Source of the DNA: an uncultured Coprobacillus sp.
Lineage (GTDB): Bacteria; Bacillota_I; Bacilli_A; RFN20; CAG-826
NCBI GenBank assembly: GCA_964583155.1
Contig: CAZOUY010000005.1
Coordinates: 7,698 to 71,697, forward strand
DNA: 64,000 nucleotides
Direction: 5' to 3'
Shown here: positions 9,172 through 19,910 of the stretch, one piece after another
Layout: the number at the start of each line of letters is the position of its first letter
Numbering within the stretch: position 1 is the first letter of the stretch
Position numbers and translations under genes: made by a program
The notes under the pieces: generated by a model
Told to the model about the DNA's origin: nothing
The model's input: only the letters and a program-made list of their open reading frames with translations
The model's database searches: none

Positions 9172-12057
9172 ATGAAGAAAGTTATTTTATACATTCTTTC
9201 ATATGTCGGCATCACCGCTACAGTAGCAACGGGCTATGTCATGATTTCTCCCCAGAAGATAATTTCCGAAAGCGTGGATAGTAGCGAGCCTTCATCAACC
9301 ACGCCAACACCACCGCCACCACCAAGCAAGGCCTCACTTTTTATTGGTCAACTCATGCAGGCTGGTAATATTGGTTTGGATCTTCAAGTAACCATCGGCG
9401 ATGATAGTAGCGTTTATAATGTCGATTTTCAAGGCGCAGTCGGTTATGAGGATGTCGATAACATAAAATTGCATGGTCAGATGAATTTTGATGTCAAAGG
9501 GGCCTTAATTGACACAGAAATATCATATTTTGACTCAGTATTATATTTGGAAACCAACTTTATGAATGCCAAATTAGCGGTCAACACCTTCGGACAAGGA
9601 CTCGATGATCTTCTGACGAAAATGGAAATTACCATGCCGGATTTAAGCACCTTGCTTCCAAATATCGATACAGATATGCTTTTAAATGAAATTTTAAATT
9701 TGGATTTTCAAATTGAAAATGGTTATCAAAAAGCGGATTTTCATCTCACCGAGGATATTGTCTTGACCTTTTATGCCAATGACGATATGAAATTGGAAAA
9801 AGTGAGCGGTTCATTTTTTATTCAAGGCCTGAAGGTGGATTTAAATGCCAATACCTCTCTTTTAGGAGTCGGGCATTATCAATTCGTGTGTCCGGAAACC
9901 TCGGAAAAGTCCTTTATCGATGTTGAGCATTTCTTCCCGATTATTGATAATTTTTACCAATTGACGAAACAAAAACAATTTGATGTTGATATTCAAGCTG
10001 AGCTTAAAAAAGATGATGCGGTCTTAGGATCCTTGCGCGGGAATGCCGTATTTGATGTTTCAACGCGTGACATTTATGGTGATTTTTCCTTTATTAAGGA
10101 TTTGAAGACATATGAATTTACGACAGCCTATTATGGTGATCAACTGTACTTCAAGCTCAACAATCTTTTCCATGGTCGCCTTCATAAGGAACGCGTGTTA
10201 GAGATATATGACATCATAAAGGATTATACTTCTAATGACATCTTTGAAGCTACATCATCGACCATCAGTGAATTGCTCGATTCGACAATCTATGGCGATA
10301 TTCAAAAGGGAGATTATAGTCGCCTATCCGCTTTTATTAAGGGTATTGCGCTCAATGATGGCCATCTCGAGATTGGCTTAGATGCCTCATGCTTAGGACT
10401 AAATGGTGAAATGTTGGTGATCACTCTTGATAACACGCAACAAAAAATAACATCTTTGACCATCGATGGTCTCAGTTATCAAGAATACGATTTATCGCTG
10501 AAGGTAAGCATTAATGATTATTCGATGCTACCAATAATCGATGAAGCGGATTATGAGGATTACGCGCCGCTATTAAATATTTATGATGAATTAGTGGCTT
10601 TAACGAATCAAAAGCAATTTGCCTTTAATCTTGATACTACTATCATGAATCAAGAGAAGTCATATTCTGTGGATGGCTTAGTGCAATTTTCCATCGCTTC
10701 CGACGACGATTTGGTCGATGCGAGCAAGTCTGCCTATGTTTCTTTAAACATCAACGATCAGGTTAAAACACATACCTTAGTGATGGAATTAAGCAATGAT
10801 GATCTCTATTTTGTTTATAACAATAAATTAAAGGGTCGCATTGCAGTGACAAGTGTCAAAGAGATTTTCACCATGATCAGCGATCTAATTGCCGAAGAGG
10901 ATCCCCTCTTATCGGAACTTGCTTCGCTCATGCCAAGCGCGACCGATTTCGGAATCATCGGACAAATTATCAATAAAGATTATTCGGGATTATCATTAGA
11001 TTTAATAAAGGAATTTTCGGTTCAAGAAAATTATTTAGCGATGGTGCTTTCAAGCTCCGTTTGTAACGCCAAAGATGACTTTAAATTGCAGATTAATTAT
11101 GAAAACAATCAGCTGCAAAGCCTCGCATTGGAAAACTTTGCTCTTGATGCATTAGCCTTGGAAGGTACTTTAACTATTGAAGCATTTGATGAAACCTTAG
11201 CTTTGGATAAGGACGATAATTATTTTGATTTGAATTCCTTAAAGACGCTTATCTCATTAGGAATTACGACAATGCGCCAAGAATACTATCATTTGGTGGG
11301 CAGTGCGAATATTGCTATTTCCGGCAGTAATCTAGAAATTCCGGTGTCAGTCTTAATTCATAATAAGAATGGTCAAGCCGATGTTCATATTCATTTGGAT
11401 AACATTCCGATTATTTCACTTGTCAATTCACTTCCGATTGGCTTAAAGGATTCGACCGGCGAATATAAAATGATGGTAGCCTCGGATTCCTCTTCGCGAA
11501 AGGCGGACATCTATCTTGCCGATGATATGGTTTATATTAATCGTAGCGAAGAAGTGACCTTCAAGAAAATTAAATTGACGGGTATTTCTTCGAAAAAGGA
11601 AACCTATGTCCGCCAAGTTAAGACCGATATGAGCGGCTTTACTAGCAATTTGACCTATTATCTATTTGAGTTTATCCTCGGCTTTGGCGAAACCATTACC
11701 AACCAGATCGCATCGAGTATGAATATGCTCCCTGTTGAGGAGATGAAATTTGATTCCTTAATCAAAGATTACTCCTACGATGAAGCTCAACATCAATTCT
11801 TATTTGATATTGATTTCTCCGCTTTGACCGGTGATAACAAGGTGGATAGCACGCTGTTAACGATCACCCATAATGTAGATGGTGAGCAATATCTGACCGG
11901 CTTATCATTAGCGATGAGCATTTCTAAAATTGTGAAGGTCAACATCAATATGGAAATGGTCGATTATGGAATGACTTTGGATATGAGCCAATTGCTGACC
12001 TTTATTTCCGATTATCCCTATGAGATGAATCAAGAATATATTTCTCATAGCAAATGA
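9172..12057 (+). CDS. Large (961 aa) secreted or surface protein, function unknown
   Basis: N-terminal signal/anchor followed by a Pro/Thr-rich linker (TTPTPPPPPS). Long beta-rich sequence. Translationally coupled to the upstream gene. Confidence 0.45.
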   Translation: MKKVILYILSYVGITATVATGYVMISPQKIISESVDSSEPSSTTPTPPPPPSKASLFIGQLMQAGNIGLDLQVTIGDDSSVYNVDFQGAVGYEDVDNIKLHGQMNFDVKGALIDTEISYFDSVLYLETNFMNAKLAVNTFGQGLDDLLTKMEITMPDLSTLLPNIDTDMLLNEILNLDFQIENGYQKADFHLTEDIVLTFYANDDMKLEKVSGSFFIQGLKVDLNANTSLLGVGHYQFVCPETSEKSFIDVEHFFPIIDNFYQLTKQKQFDVDIQAELKKDDAVLGSLRGNAVFDVSTRDIYGDFSFIKDLKTYEFTTAYYGDQLYFKLNNLFHGRLHKERVLEIYDIIKDYTSNDIFEATSSTISELLDSTIYGDIQKGDYSRLSAFIKGIALNDGHLEIGLDASCLGLNGEMLVITLDNTQQKITSLTIDGLSYQEYDLSLKVSINDYSMLPIIDEADYEDYAPLLNIYDELVALTNQKQFAFNLDTTIMNQEKSYSVDGLVQFSIASDDDLVDASKSAYVSLNINDQVKTHTLVMELSNDDLYFVYNNKLKGRIAVTSVKEIFTMISDLIAEEDPLLSELASLMPSATDFGIIGQIINKDYSGLSLDLIKEFSVQENYLAMVLSSSVCNAKDDFKLQINYENNQLQSLALENFALDALALEGTLTIEAFDETLALDKDDNYFDLNSLKTLISLGITTMRQEYYHLVGSANIAISGSNLEIPVSVLIHNKNGQADVHIHLDNIPIISLVNSLPIGLKDSTGEYKMMVASDSSSRKADIYLADDMVYINRSEEVTFKKIKLTGISSKKETYVRQVKTDMSGFTSNLTYYLFEFILGFGETITNQIASSMNMLPVEEMKFDSLIKDYSYDEAQHQFLFDIDFSALTGDNKVDSTLLTITHNVDGEQYLTGLSLAMSISKIVKVNINMEMVDYGMTLDMSQLLTFISDYPYEMNQEYISHSK

Positions 12058-12095
12058 TGAAAGACTCATTAAAATAATAATTGCATAACATTCAT

Positions 12096-12128
12096 GAATG
12101 AAGTGATTTGAAAATCACTTCATTTTTG
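12096..12128 (+). terminator. Rho-independent terminator after the 961-aa gene
   Basis: GAAGTGATTT/AAATCACTTC stem followed by TTTTTG. Confidence 0.5.
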
Positions 12129-12165
12129 TTATTATATTATTTAGATATATTTAAAGGAGTCTCCT

Positions 12166-14523
12166 ATGAAAAAAAACAGATTTTTGCCTTTAATGGCCTT
12201 ATCAATGTTATGCTTGATCAGCGGTTGTAATTTGGTAATTACGGGGCCAACGTCGAGCAACTCTTCCTTCAGCTCGATCTTAGGTCCTTCCTCTAATAAT
12301 TCTTCTTCATCAAGCTCTTCGGGGAGATTACCATCCTCCTCATCTTCACCTATTTCATCATCAAGCGGAAACGATGACCCGAATGTGATCTCTCTTAAAG
12401 CTCTTTTAGAAATGGATGAAGGTCATTATCTCACGAAAGGGACGATCACGAGCATCATTAATTATCCTAAACAAGAAATGATGAATCTTTATATTCATGA
12501 CTGGGATGAAGCATCGAAAACGATGACCTCTATATTAGTTCAAAATGTCCCCACCTCGTTATATTTAGCTAAGGGAAATGAAATAAAAATCTATGGCTCC
12601 TTTAAACGTGAAACAATCTTTAATGATATTGTTCGTCCGACTTTGACTATCCAAAATGCGAGTGATGTTTCTATCATCAATCAAATTAGTTCAAGCGAAT
12701 ATGAAGCGAAAAAATACGATGAAGCATCTTGGAAGCAAAGCGCTTTGTATGGTATCAACAACTATGCTAGCATCGAAAAATTAGCATTGATCGATGTTGG
12801 ATCAGAAGAAGATATCAACGATAACGCTATTAAGGTTCAAGCCGGTTTTGCTAGTGGAAGCGAAATCCAAATCAGAATCGATTTAGGAGATGAGGCTCTT
12901 AATAAGCAAGTGGCCACCGCCTTTTTAAATGCCCAAGAGGCGAATGAAAAAGTGACCATCAAGGGCTTTATTGATGCCGATTTAAATGAAAGTGGCGGAG
13001 CTTTTCCTTATCTTCGTTTGACATCGACGAGCGATTATCAATTGGTAAAAGAGGAAATTGATATTCCCGATGAACGCACCATTTCTATGTATGGAATCAA
13101 CGATTTCCATGGATCAATAGTCGCTAATGATGCTAATTATGAAGCGGGAATTATCAAAATCGGTTCATTTTTGAAAAATAAAAAGAAAGAGAAAAACACC
13201 CTTTTAATCAACTCGGGTGATATGTGGCAAGGTTCAATTGAATCAAATTATAATTATGGCGAGCTTTTGACCAATTGCATGAATTATATTGAATTCGATT
13301 GCTTCGCTCTAGGAAATCATGAATTTGATTGGGGTCAAGATATTATCGCCAGAAATCGCTCTTTGGCGGGAAAAGATGGAAAAACCATCAATGGGTATCA
13401 AACGCCCTTTTTAGCGGCTAATATTTATCGTTATGATATCGCAACGAAAACGCAGAAGGAATTTGCCAATCTGGGGCAAAAATATGTTGTTAAAACGCTT
13501 GATAATGGCTTAAAGGTCGGTATTATCGGCGCTATTGGCTATAATCAAATCACTTCGATCAATTCACCTTATGTTGATGATTTAACCTTTTTAAATCCCG
13601 TCAATGTTATTAAGGATTTATCGGATGAATTACGAAATGACAAAAAGGTGGACGCGGTCATCGTCAGTTATCATGGCTCACAAAGTGAATTGGTAGGACA
13701 AGGCATCACCGAAATCAGTCAAGCATCGCAAAAAAGATATGTAGATGCGGTCTTTTGCGCTCATACGCACTTGCGGGAAAGCACAATTGAAAATGATGTT
13801 CCCTTTGTCCAAGCGGGATGCAATGGTCGAAGCTATGGCAACATCGAATTGGTGGTCGATAAGCAAGGAAATATAACCTGTAAAAATTATAGCTATGATT
13901 ACACGTCCAATATTGTGACGGAAATTGATCCGGTATTTTCGGAAATACTGAATCCCTACCTCGAGCAGTCTAACAAAATCGCCAATGAGGAATTGGGCTA
14001 TTTAAATGGTGATCTTTCTTATAATGGGGAATTGGTGAATTTAGTTACCAAAGCGATGGCGTTACAATCTAAACTCAGCGGTTACGATATCGATTACGCG
14101 ATCAGCAATAGTGGCCGTGCGACGTTAACGGCCGGAAATATCAATCATGGGGCCGTATATCGTTCTTTACCATTCGATAATACGATCTATATCATCGATG
14201 TTAAGGGCTCGGAGATTCGCAATGAATTGAAGTATAGCTCCAATGGTATGTATCGTTTGGATAAAGAAGCCTTGCAGAATAATAAGATCTATCGTATCGC
14301 TACGATCGATTATCTAGCCTTCCATCGTAATACCAATCGCGATTACAATTATTTCCCGAGCTTGAGTGTCGTGGGAATACTGACTAAGGAAGGATATGAT
14401 ATTTATAATTATCGCGATATCACTTGCGATTATTTAAAATCATTGAATGGCACTATCAATGCCGGTGATTATAGTTCATCGCTAAATGAACACAATAAGA
14501 GCTTATTAGATTCGAAGATTTAA
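12166..14523 (+). CDS. Lipoprotein: bifunctional metallophosphatase/5'-nucleotidase with an N-terminal Ser-rich linker and an OB-like domain
   Basis: Signal peptide plus lipobox LISGC. Ser-rich low-complexity linker. Metallophosphoesterase motifs INDFHG and GDMWQGS. The GNHEFDWG motif is typical of 5'-nucleotidases. A C-terminal 5'-nucleotidase-C-like region. Confidence 0.65.
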   Translation: MKKNRFLPLMALSMLCLISGCNLVITGPTSSNSSFSSILGPSSNNSSSSSSSGRLPSSSSSPISSSSGNDDPNVISLKALLEMDEGHYLTKGTITSIINYPKQEMMNLYIHDWDEASKTMTSILVQNVPTSLYLAKGNEIKIYGSFKRETIFNDIVRPTLTIQNASDVSIINQISSSEYEAKKYDEASWKQSALYGINNYASIEKLALIDVGSEEDINDNAIKVQAGFASGSEIQIRIDLGDEALNKQVATAFLNAQEANEKVTIKGFIDADLNESGGAFPYLRLTSTSDYQLVKEEIDIPDERTISMYGINDFHGSIVANDANYEAGIIKIGSFLKNKKKEKNTLLINSGDMWQGSIESNYNYGELLTNCMNYIEFDCFALGNHEFDWGQDIIARNRSLAGKDGKTINGYQTPFLAANIYRYDIATKTQKEFANLGQKYVVKTLDNGLKVGIIGAIGYNQITSINSPYVDDLTFLNPVNVIKDLSDELRNDKKVDAVIVSYHGSQSELVGQGITEISQASQKRYVDAVFCAHTHLRESTIENDVPFVQAGCNGRSYGNIELVVDKQGNITCKNYSYDYTSNIVTEIDPVFSEILNPYLEQSNKIANEELGYLNGDLSYNGELVNLVTKAMALQSKLSGYDIDYAISNSGRATLTAGNINHGAVYRSLPFDNTIYIIDVKGSEIRNELKYSSNGMYRLDKEALQNNKIYRIATIDYLAFHRNTNRDYNYFPSLSVVGILTKEGYDIYNYRDITCDYLKSLNGTINAGDYSSSLNEHNKSLLDSKI

Positions 14524-14535
14524 AGGAAGTATGCT

Positions 14536-16857
14536 ATGGAAAAATGGATTTCCCAAATTGAAGATGCTTTGATCATTGCTCCAAGTACGGAACATCCTTT
14601 TTTCTTATGGCTTCATGAGCGTTATCCATCGTTATCCTTTAAGCTGATTACCAAGGAAGAAGTATTAAATAGCTATTATGGCAAACTAAAAAAGGAGGCC
14701 TTACTTAAATATTTATCGTGGCATCCGGAGTTATCCTTATCTCTAGCAAAATTATATATTGACGAAGCGATGATGATCAAAAAAGATGATATTAACCCAC
14801 AAGTCCATCATCTTTGGCAAGTTAAAGAGGAACTTCAAAAAAATCATCTTATCGAGGTGAAAAAGTATTTTTCTTATTATTTACATCACCAGAAGATTGT
14901 CTTATATGGTTATGATTACGATCAGGAATTACAGGGCCTTTTTTTAGATGAGAAAATCGTCTATCGGTATTTAGACTTCAATTATCAGCCTAGATCATTA
15001 TCCGTCAATGTTTATCAAAATATCGATGATGAAATTGCGGATGTCTTACAAAAAATAATTGCCTTACATCAAAGCGGTGTCTCCTTAAATAAGATTTTTC
15101 TTTATGTTCGGCAAGAGGTATACTATTATCCTTTAATCAAGCTCGCTAAGGATTTCGCTATCCCGATAGAGAATCCTTTTCAAGAGAGTCTTTTATTGCT
15201 TAAGGAAAGCCAAGATCTCTTACGGTTATTTGAAAAAGAAGGAACCCTAGGAGCAATTGAAAATGCAAGTGAAGTCGCCTTATTTTTAAACGATATTTAC
15301 CAAAAATATAATTCTAATGCGTTTTCAAATGAGCGGTGGGGTGAAATCTTTACGTATTTTTTAAATCAGCAGAAGCTTCCGATTAGCCATTATGAGGAAG
15401 AACTGACATTCACGCAAAGAAGCCTATTTTCAGATGATGAATATGTTTTTGTCTTAGGCTTTGAGCAAAATAGCTTTCCGTTAATCCATCAAGATAACAG
15501 TTATCTCTCCGATGCCATCAAAGCTAAAATAGGACAAACGACATCCAAATTGATGAATAAACGCGAACAAAAAATGGTGGAAACGTTACTATTTGCCAAT
15601 CAAAACGTCTTTTTATCATATAAAAAAGAAGCGCTTGATGGAATTCATCAGCCATCTATTCTTATTAAATCGTGGAATCTTTTGGAGGTCCCTTTTAGCC
15701 ATCGCTTGGATTGTTATTCCTTGCAATATGCTCAAAAAAGATGGGGGCAGTTACGTGACTATGAGCGAAAATACGGAACCTTCTTAAGTGAAACCACCGC
15801 TTATAAAGATATGGAGAAGCCCGATTATTTGACCTATGATTCTTCATTTACGAAGAGTCATCATTTCGCTATCGACCAGAATATTATTCATTCATACACA
15901 GCTTTAAGCACCTACGCTCAATGCCCATATAAATACTATTTATCCTATGTTTTAAAGTTGGATAGCTTTAAAGAAAACTTTTATAGTAAGCTTGGAACCC
16001 TTGCTCACCAAATTTTAGAGCATAATTATGACGATAATCCTGATTATGATGCGTTATTCGCTTTAGTGAAATCAGAGCAAGAGTGGACTGATCAGGAGGC
16101 TATGCTTTTACAAAATCTGAAGGATGACATTCAAAAGCTATTTGAATTTAATCGTCAGCATTTCTCGCAAATGCAAAATCCTCATTGTTACTTGGAGCAA
16201 GAGTTTTGTGTTTCTCTTATCGATGAGCATCCTCTTTATCTCAAGGGCTTTATCGATAAGCTGGTTTTAACGGGTCCCCATCACGAATATGTGACGATTG
16301 TCGATTATAAAACCGGAAAGGATGCTTTTGATCCGCGTTTGCTTGAGTATGGATATTCCACACAATTGCCGATTTATGGTCTCCTTTTAAAAAATGATTT
16401 GCGTTTTCAAGATAAAAAGATAATTGGCGCTTATATTCAGCATGTTTTGCCTGAACGCGTGCTAGCGGGATCATGTCAAGCATTAAAGAAGGTCGAACGC
16501 TCCTTCTTATTGCAAGGTATAACGACGGACAATATTTCGCAACTTGCGACCTTTGATCCCACTTATGAGCAGTCCTGTTACATCAGGAATATGAAGATAA
16601 CCTCCAATGGCTTTTCGAAAAACAGTCAACTATTTTCCGAGGCCATCTGGGAGCAATATTTAGCGACGACGGAAGCCTTTATAAAAAAGACGGATGATGC
16701 CATTCGGCACAATCTTTTTCCTATTTCCCCTAAGCAAATCGGTGATAAGCGAGCATGTCAAAATTGCTCTTTTAAGGATATTTGCTTTGTCAAAGAAGAA
16801 AATGTCATCTTAATATCTTTGAAAAAGGAGGATGATAGCGATGCCGAGATGGACTAA
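14536..16857 (+). CDS. addB: Helicase-exonuclease AddAB subunit AddB/RexB, carrying a PD-(D/E)XK nuclease but no N-terminal Walker A
   Basis: The C-terminal nuclease motif GFIDKL...IVDYKTGK and the Cys cluster CQAL...CQNCSFKDIC match the AddB Fe-S cluster. The gene sits immediately upstream of addA. Confidence 0.7.
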   Translation: MEKWISQIEDALIIAPSTEHPFFLWLHERYPSLSFKLITKEEVLNSYYGKLKKEALLKYLSWHPELSLSLAKLYIDEAMMIKKDDINPQVHHLWQVKEELQKNHLIEVKKYFSYYLHHQKIVLYGYDYDQELQGLFLDEKIVYRYLDFNYQPRSLSVNVYQNIDDEIADVLQKIIALHQSGVSLNKIFLYVRQEVYYYPLIKLAKDFAIPIENPFQESLLLLKESQDLLRLFEKEGTLGAIENASEVALFLNDIYQKYNSNAFSNERWGEIFTYFLNQQKLPISHYEEELTFTQRSLFSDDEYVFVLGFEQNSFPLIHQDNSYLSDAIKAKIGQTTSKLMNKREQKMVETLLFANQNVFLSYKKEALDGIHQPSILIKSWNLLEVPFSHRLDCYSLQYAQKRWGQLRDYERKYGTFLSETTAYKDMEKPDYLTYDSSFTKSHHFAIDQNIIHSYTALSTYAQCPYKYYLSYVLKLDSFKENFYSKLGTLAHQILEHNYDDNPDYDALFALVKSEQEWTDQEAMLLQNLKDDIQKLFEFNRQHFSQMQNPHCYLEQEFCVSLIDEHPLYLKGFIDKLVLTGPHHEYVTIVDYKTGKDAFDPRLLEYGYSTQLPIYGLLLKNDLRFQDKKIIGAYIQHVLPERVLAGSCQALKKVERSFLLQGITTDNISQLATFDPTYEQSCYIRNMKITSNGFSKNSQLFSEAIWEQYLATTEAFIKKTDDAIRHNLFPISPKQIGDKRACQNCSFKDICFVKEENVILISLKKEDDSDAEMD

Positions 16858-19800
16858 AGAACAGGAACAAGCGATCTATATTCGCGATGGCAATGTGATC
16901 GTTTCCGCCGGGGCCGGTTCGGGCAAAACAGCGGTTTTAACGGAGCGTGTCTATCAAATGATTAAAGAGGGTTATGGCCTTGATGAGTTTGTGGTTTTGA
17001 CCTTTACCAATGCAGCGGCCTTCGAGATGCGGGAACGAATTAGAAATAAATTGCTAAATGATGAAGGACTCCAAGAATTAGCATCTGAAGTCGATACCAG
17101 CTATATTATGACCTTTGATGCTTTTGCTTTATCGTTAGTGAAAAAATATCATTATCTTTTGGAATTGGATCAGGATATTTCCATCAGCGATGAATCACTC
17201 GTCAAGGTGCAAAAGTATAAAGAGCTACAAACGATTTTGGATGAATTATACGCGCATCCCACTTTCGCATTTCAGAGCTTTGTAAAGCGCTTCTTATTGC
17301 GAGATGATCGACTTTTGCGGGATTATATTTTACGAATCGATCAGATGATTGATCTCAAGATAGATGAAGAGGCATTTTTTCAAAATTATCTCCATGACTA
17401 TTTCAATATCGATAAAATCAAAGCCGATCTTCATGAGTTGTTTTTGATAGTTAAGTCAGAAATCGACGATTTAATCGCGGCTACTGATGATTTGGAAAAT
17501 GAAATTGATCATGAAAGAATCAGGAACTCTTTTGAACCCTTTGGTCGCATCATGAATTTTAATGACCTATATAACGCTTTATTGGGGTATCAATTTCCGC
17601 GAATGCCGCGCGGAAAGAATATCGAAATCAGCGATGAGGATAAAATACTCCGTGAAAAAATCAAAAAGCAAATGAAAAAGATTCAAGAGATATCACTTTT
17701 GGGGGATGAACAAACGGTTATTGATAATTATCTATCGACTCAAGATGATGCTATGCTTTGTTTAGAAATCACCAAAAAATTACGCTTACGAATCAAAGAG
17801 TTTAAAAAGAAAAAGCATATTTTTACTTTCAACGATATCGCTAAATATGCTTTGATAGTTATCGATCATCCGCTTGTCCAAGAGGAATTCCAAAAAAAGA
17901 TTCGGGCGGTAATGGTCGATGAATATCAAGATACCTCTGATATTCAAGACTGCTTTTTAAGTAAATTAGCCCGAAATAATCTTTACATGGTCGGCGATAT
18001 TAAACAATCAATCTATCGCTTTCGGAACGCTAATTGTCAGCTGTTTTTAGAAAAATATGAGCGTTATGCTAAATTGGATGGGGGCGTGAAGATCGATTTA
18101 AATCAGAATTTCCGTTCGCGCCCGGAAGTAATTCAGGATATCAACCATATTTTCGCTCGCATCATGCATCTTCATTGTGGAGGGGCGAACTACTTGAAGG
18201 ATCATATTATTATCGCCGGAAATAAGTCTTATCTTGAGCAGGGGGCTTCATCTAAGAACTATCATCTTGATTTTAATGAATATGCCAATGAGGGCGATCA
18301 GGATGAATACGAAGCTCGTCTCGTTGCGGAGGATATCGGGCGTAAGGTCCATCATTTTCCGATTTTTGAAAAGGATAGTGGTGTGTTTCATGATGCCAAC
18401 TATCGCGATTTTGTTATTCTCGTCGATCGAAAAACGAAATTTGATCTTTATAAGAGGGTCTTTGAAGAATACCATATTCCGGTGAGCATCGAAAAGGATG
18501 AGGATTTGACTAGTTCGCAGGCCGTTATCGTTTTGCAAAATCTTTTACGCGTTTATTATGGCATCGAGCAGCAGGTCTTCGATGAAAGCTTTGAGCATGC
18601 CTATGCCTCCGTTTATCGAAGCTTTCTTTATCATGGTGACGATCTTGAATTAGAACGGATTATAAAAGAAAAGCAGCTCCAAAATGATGAATTGTATCAG
18701 CAAATTGAAGTGATTGTGCATAAAATGCACGGCCATTCATTATCGGCCCAAATCCGTTGCTTATTGCTCGATTTTGATTTCGAATATCGACTATTAAGAA
18801 TCGGAAATATCACTCTCAATGAAAAGAAAATTGAGCAGCTTTTGTCCGCGGTATCCGCGATGGAAAAAATTGGATATACTATGGAGGATTTTTTAGATTA
18901 TTTGACGAATTTGAATTCTTTTTCTTTGGAATTGAAATCCGCATTCCAGGATGATGGAAGCAATTCTGTACGCATAATGAGCATTCATAAATCCAAAGGC
19001 TTGGAATTTCCTATCGTCTATTATTGTGGACTCGCTAAGGCCTTTAATAATCCGGAATTACAAACGCTTTTTATGGCCTCTAAAGAATACGGGCTCATCG
19101 TACCTACGAGTCAACAAGGAATACCGGACACGCTTTATCATTTCCTAATCAAAAGGAAAGAGCGGAGCGAAGAATTAAGCGAAAAAATCCGGCTTCTGTA
19201 TGTAGCGTTAACACGTGCTAAAGAAAAGATGATCGTTTTTTATCCGCAAGAAAAGGATTCTCCTTTAACATTGATTCAAAGTCAATCTCTCGGTGATTTA
19301 TTTCATTTTGCTGACTTAGATCCTAAACTTCGGCATCACGTGAATTTAACCGATGAAAGACAAGATGTTATGTCTTCATCCGTCAATCATATTTCACATG
19401 TCGCGCCCATAGTGTTTAAAAATCATCATTTTTCTTTTGTTATGAAGGAACAGAAAGCGCGCCCATCCTTAGTGGCAACGGACGTTGAGCAGGAGCTTTT
19501 GGATTTTGGGCAGGAACTGCATTTCTTACTAGAAATTATCGATTGGCGGAATCCCGATTTGGATTTCATCAAGGACCATCATCAACGCGAATATATGAAC
19601 AGATTTCTTCAAAGTGAGATCTATAAATCGCATCGAAATGACCGGATTTATCATGAATACGCTTATTATGATGATGCAGATGGCACGCGCGGAATTATCG
19701 ATCTTTTGTTAGTGAACGATCAAGAAACGACGATAATCGATTTTAAAACGAAAATCATCGATGAAGAAAAATATCATTCTCAGCTTGAGGCGTATCGGCG

Positions 19801-19882
19801 TTATATTCATAAAGTATTTAAGCGACCATGCCGGACATATTTATATTCCATTATCGATGGCATCGCCTTGGAGATTAAATAA
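16841..19882 (+). CDS. addA: ATP-dependent helicase/nuclease subunit AddA (UvrD-like, SF1)
   Basis: Motif I GAGSGKT near the N-terminus. UvrD-like motifs VDEYQDTS and FRSRPEV are present. The C-terminal RecB-type nuclease is IIDLLLV...IIDFKT. A GGAGG RBS lies before the ATG at 16841. Confidence 0.85.
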   Translation: MPRWTKEQEQAIYIRDGNVIVSAGAGSGKTAVLTERVYQMIKEGYGLDEFVVLTFTNAAAFEMRERIRNKLLNDEGLQELASEVDTSYIMTFDAFALSLVKKYHYLLELDQDISISDESLVKVQKYKELQTILDELYAHPTFAFQSFVKRFLLRDDRLLRDYILRIDQMIDLKIDEEAFFQNYLHDYFNIDKIKADLHELFLIVKSEIDDLIAATDDLENEIDHERIRNSFEPFGRIMNFNDLYNALLGYQFPRMPRGKNIEISDEDKILREKIKKQMKKIQEISLLGDEQTVIDNYLSTQDDAMLCLEITKKLRLRIKEFKKKKHIFTFNDIAKYALIVIDHPLVQEEFQKKIRAVMVDEYQDTSDIQDCFLSKLARNNLYMVGDIKQSIYRFRNANCQLFLEKYERYAKLDGGVKIDLNQNFRSRPEVIQDINHIFARIMHLHCGGANYLKDHIIIAGNKSYLEQGASSKNYHLDFNEYANEGDQDEYEARLVAEDIGRKVHHFPIFEKDSGVFHDANYRDFVILVDRKTKFDLYKRVFEEYHIPVSIEKDEDLTSSQAVIVLQNLLRVYYGIEQQVFDESFEHAYASVYRSFLYHGDDLELERIIKEKQLQNDELYQQIEVIVHKMHGHSLSAQIRCLLLDFDFEYRLLRIGNITLNEKKIEQLLSAVSAMEKIGYTMEDFLDYLTNLNSFSLELKSAFQDDGSNSVRIMSIHKSKGLEFPIVYYCGLAKAFNNPELQTLFMASKEYGLIVPTSQQGIPDTLYHFLIKRKERSEELSEKIRLLYVALTRAKEKMIVFYPQEKDSPLTLIQSQSLGDLFHFADLDPKLRHHVNLTDERQDVMSSSVNHISHVAPIVFKNHHFSFVMKEQKARPSLVATDVEQELLDFGQELHFLLEIIDWRNPDLDFIKDHHQREYMNRFLQSEIYKSHRNDRIYHEYAYYDDADGTRGIIDLLLVNDQETTIIDFKTKIIDEEKYHSQLEAYRRYIHKVFKRPCRTYLYSIIDGIALEIK

Positions 19883-19910
19883 AAAATTCCCTTTACGGGA
19901 ATTCTTTAAG
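19881..19910. terminator. Bidirectional hairpin between the convergent addA and ABC transporter operons
   Basis: AATTCCC-TTTAC-GGGAATT flanked by an A-tract on the + strand and a T-tract on the - strand. Confidence 0.5.

Noticed and set aside
18234-18538. Overlapping small ORFs (18234-18485 on the plus strand and 18248-18538 on the minus strand) inside addA.
   Set aside because: They are embedded in a well-supported helicase coding frame. They are AT-rich frame artifacts with no RBS.
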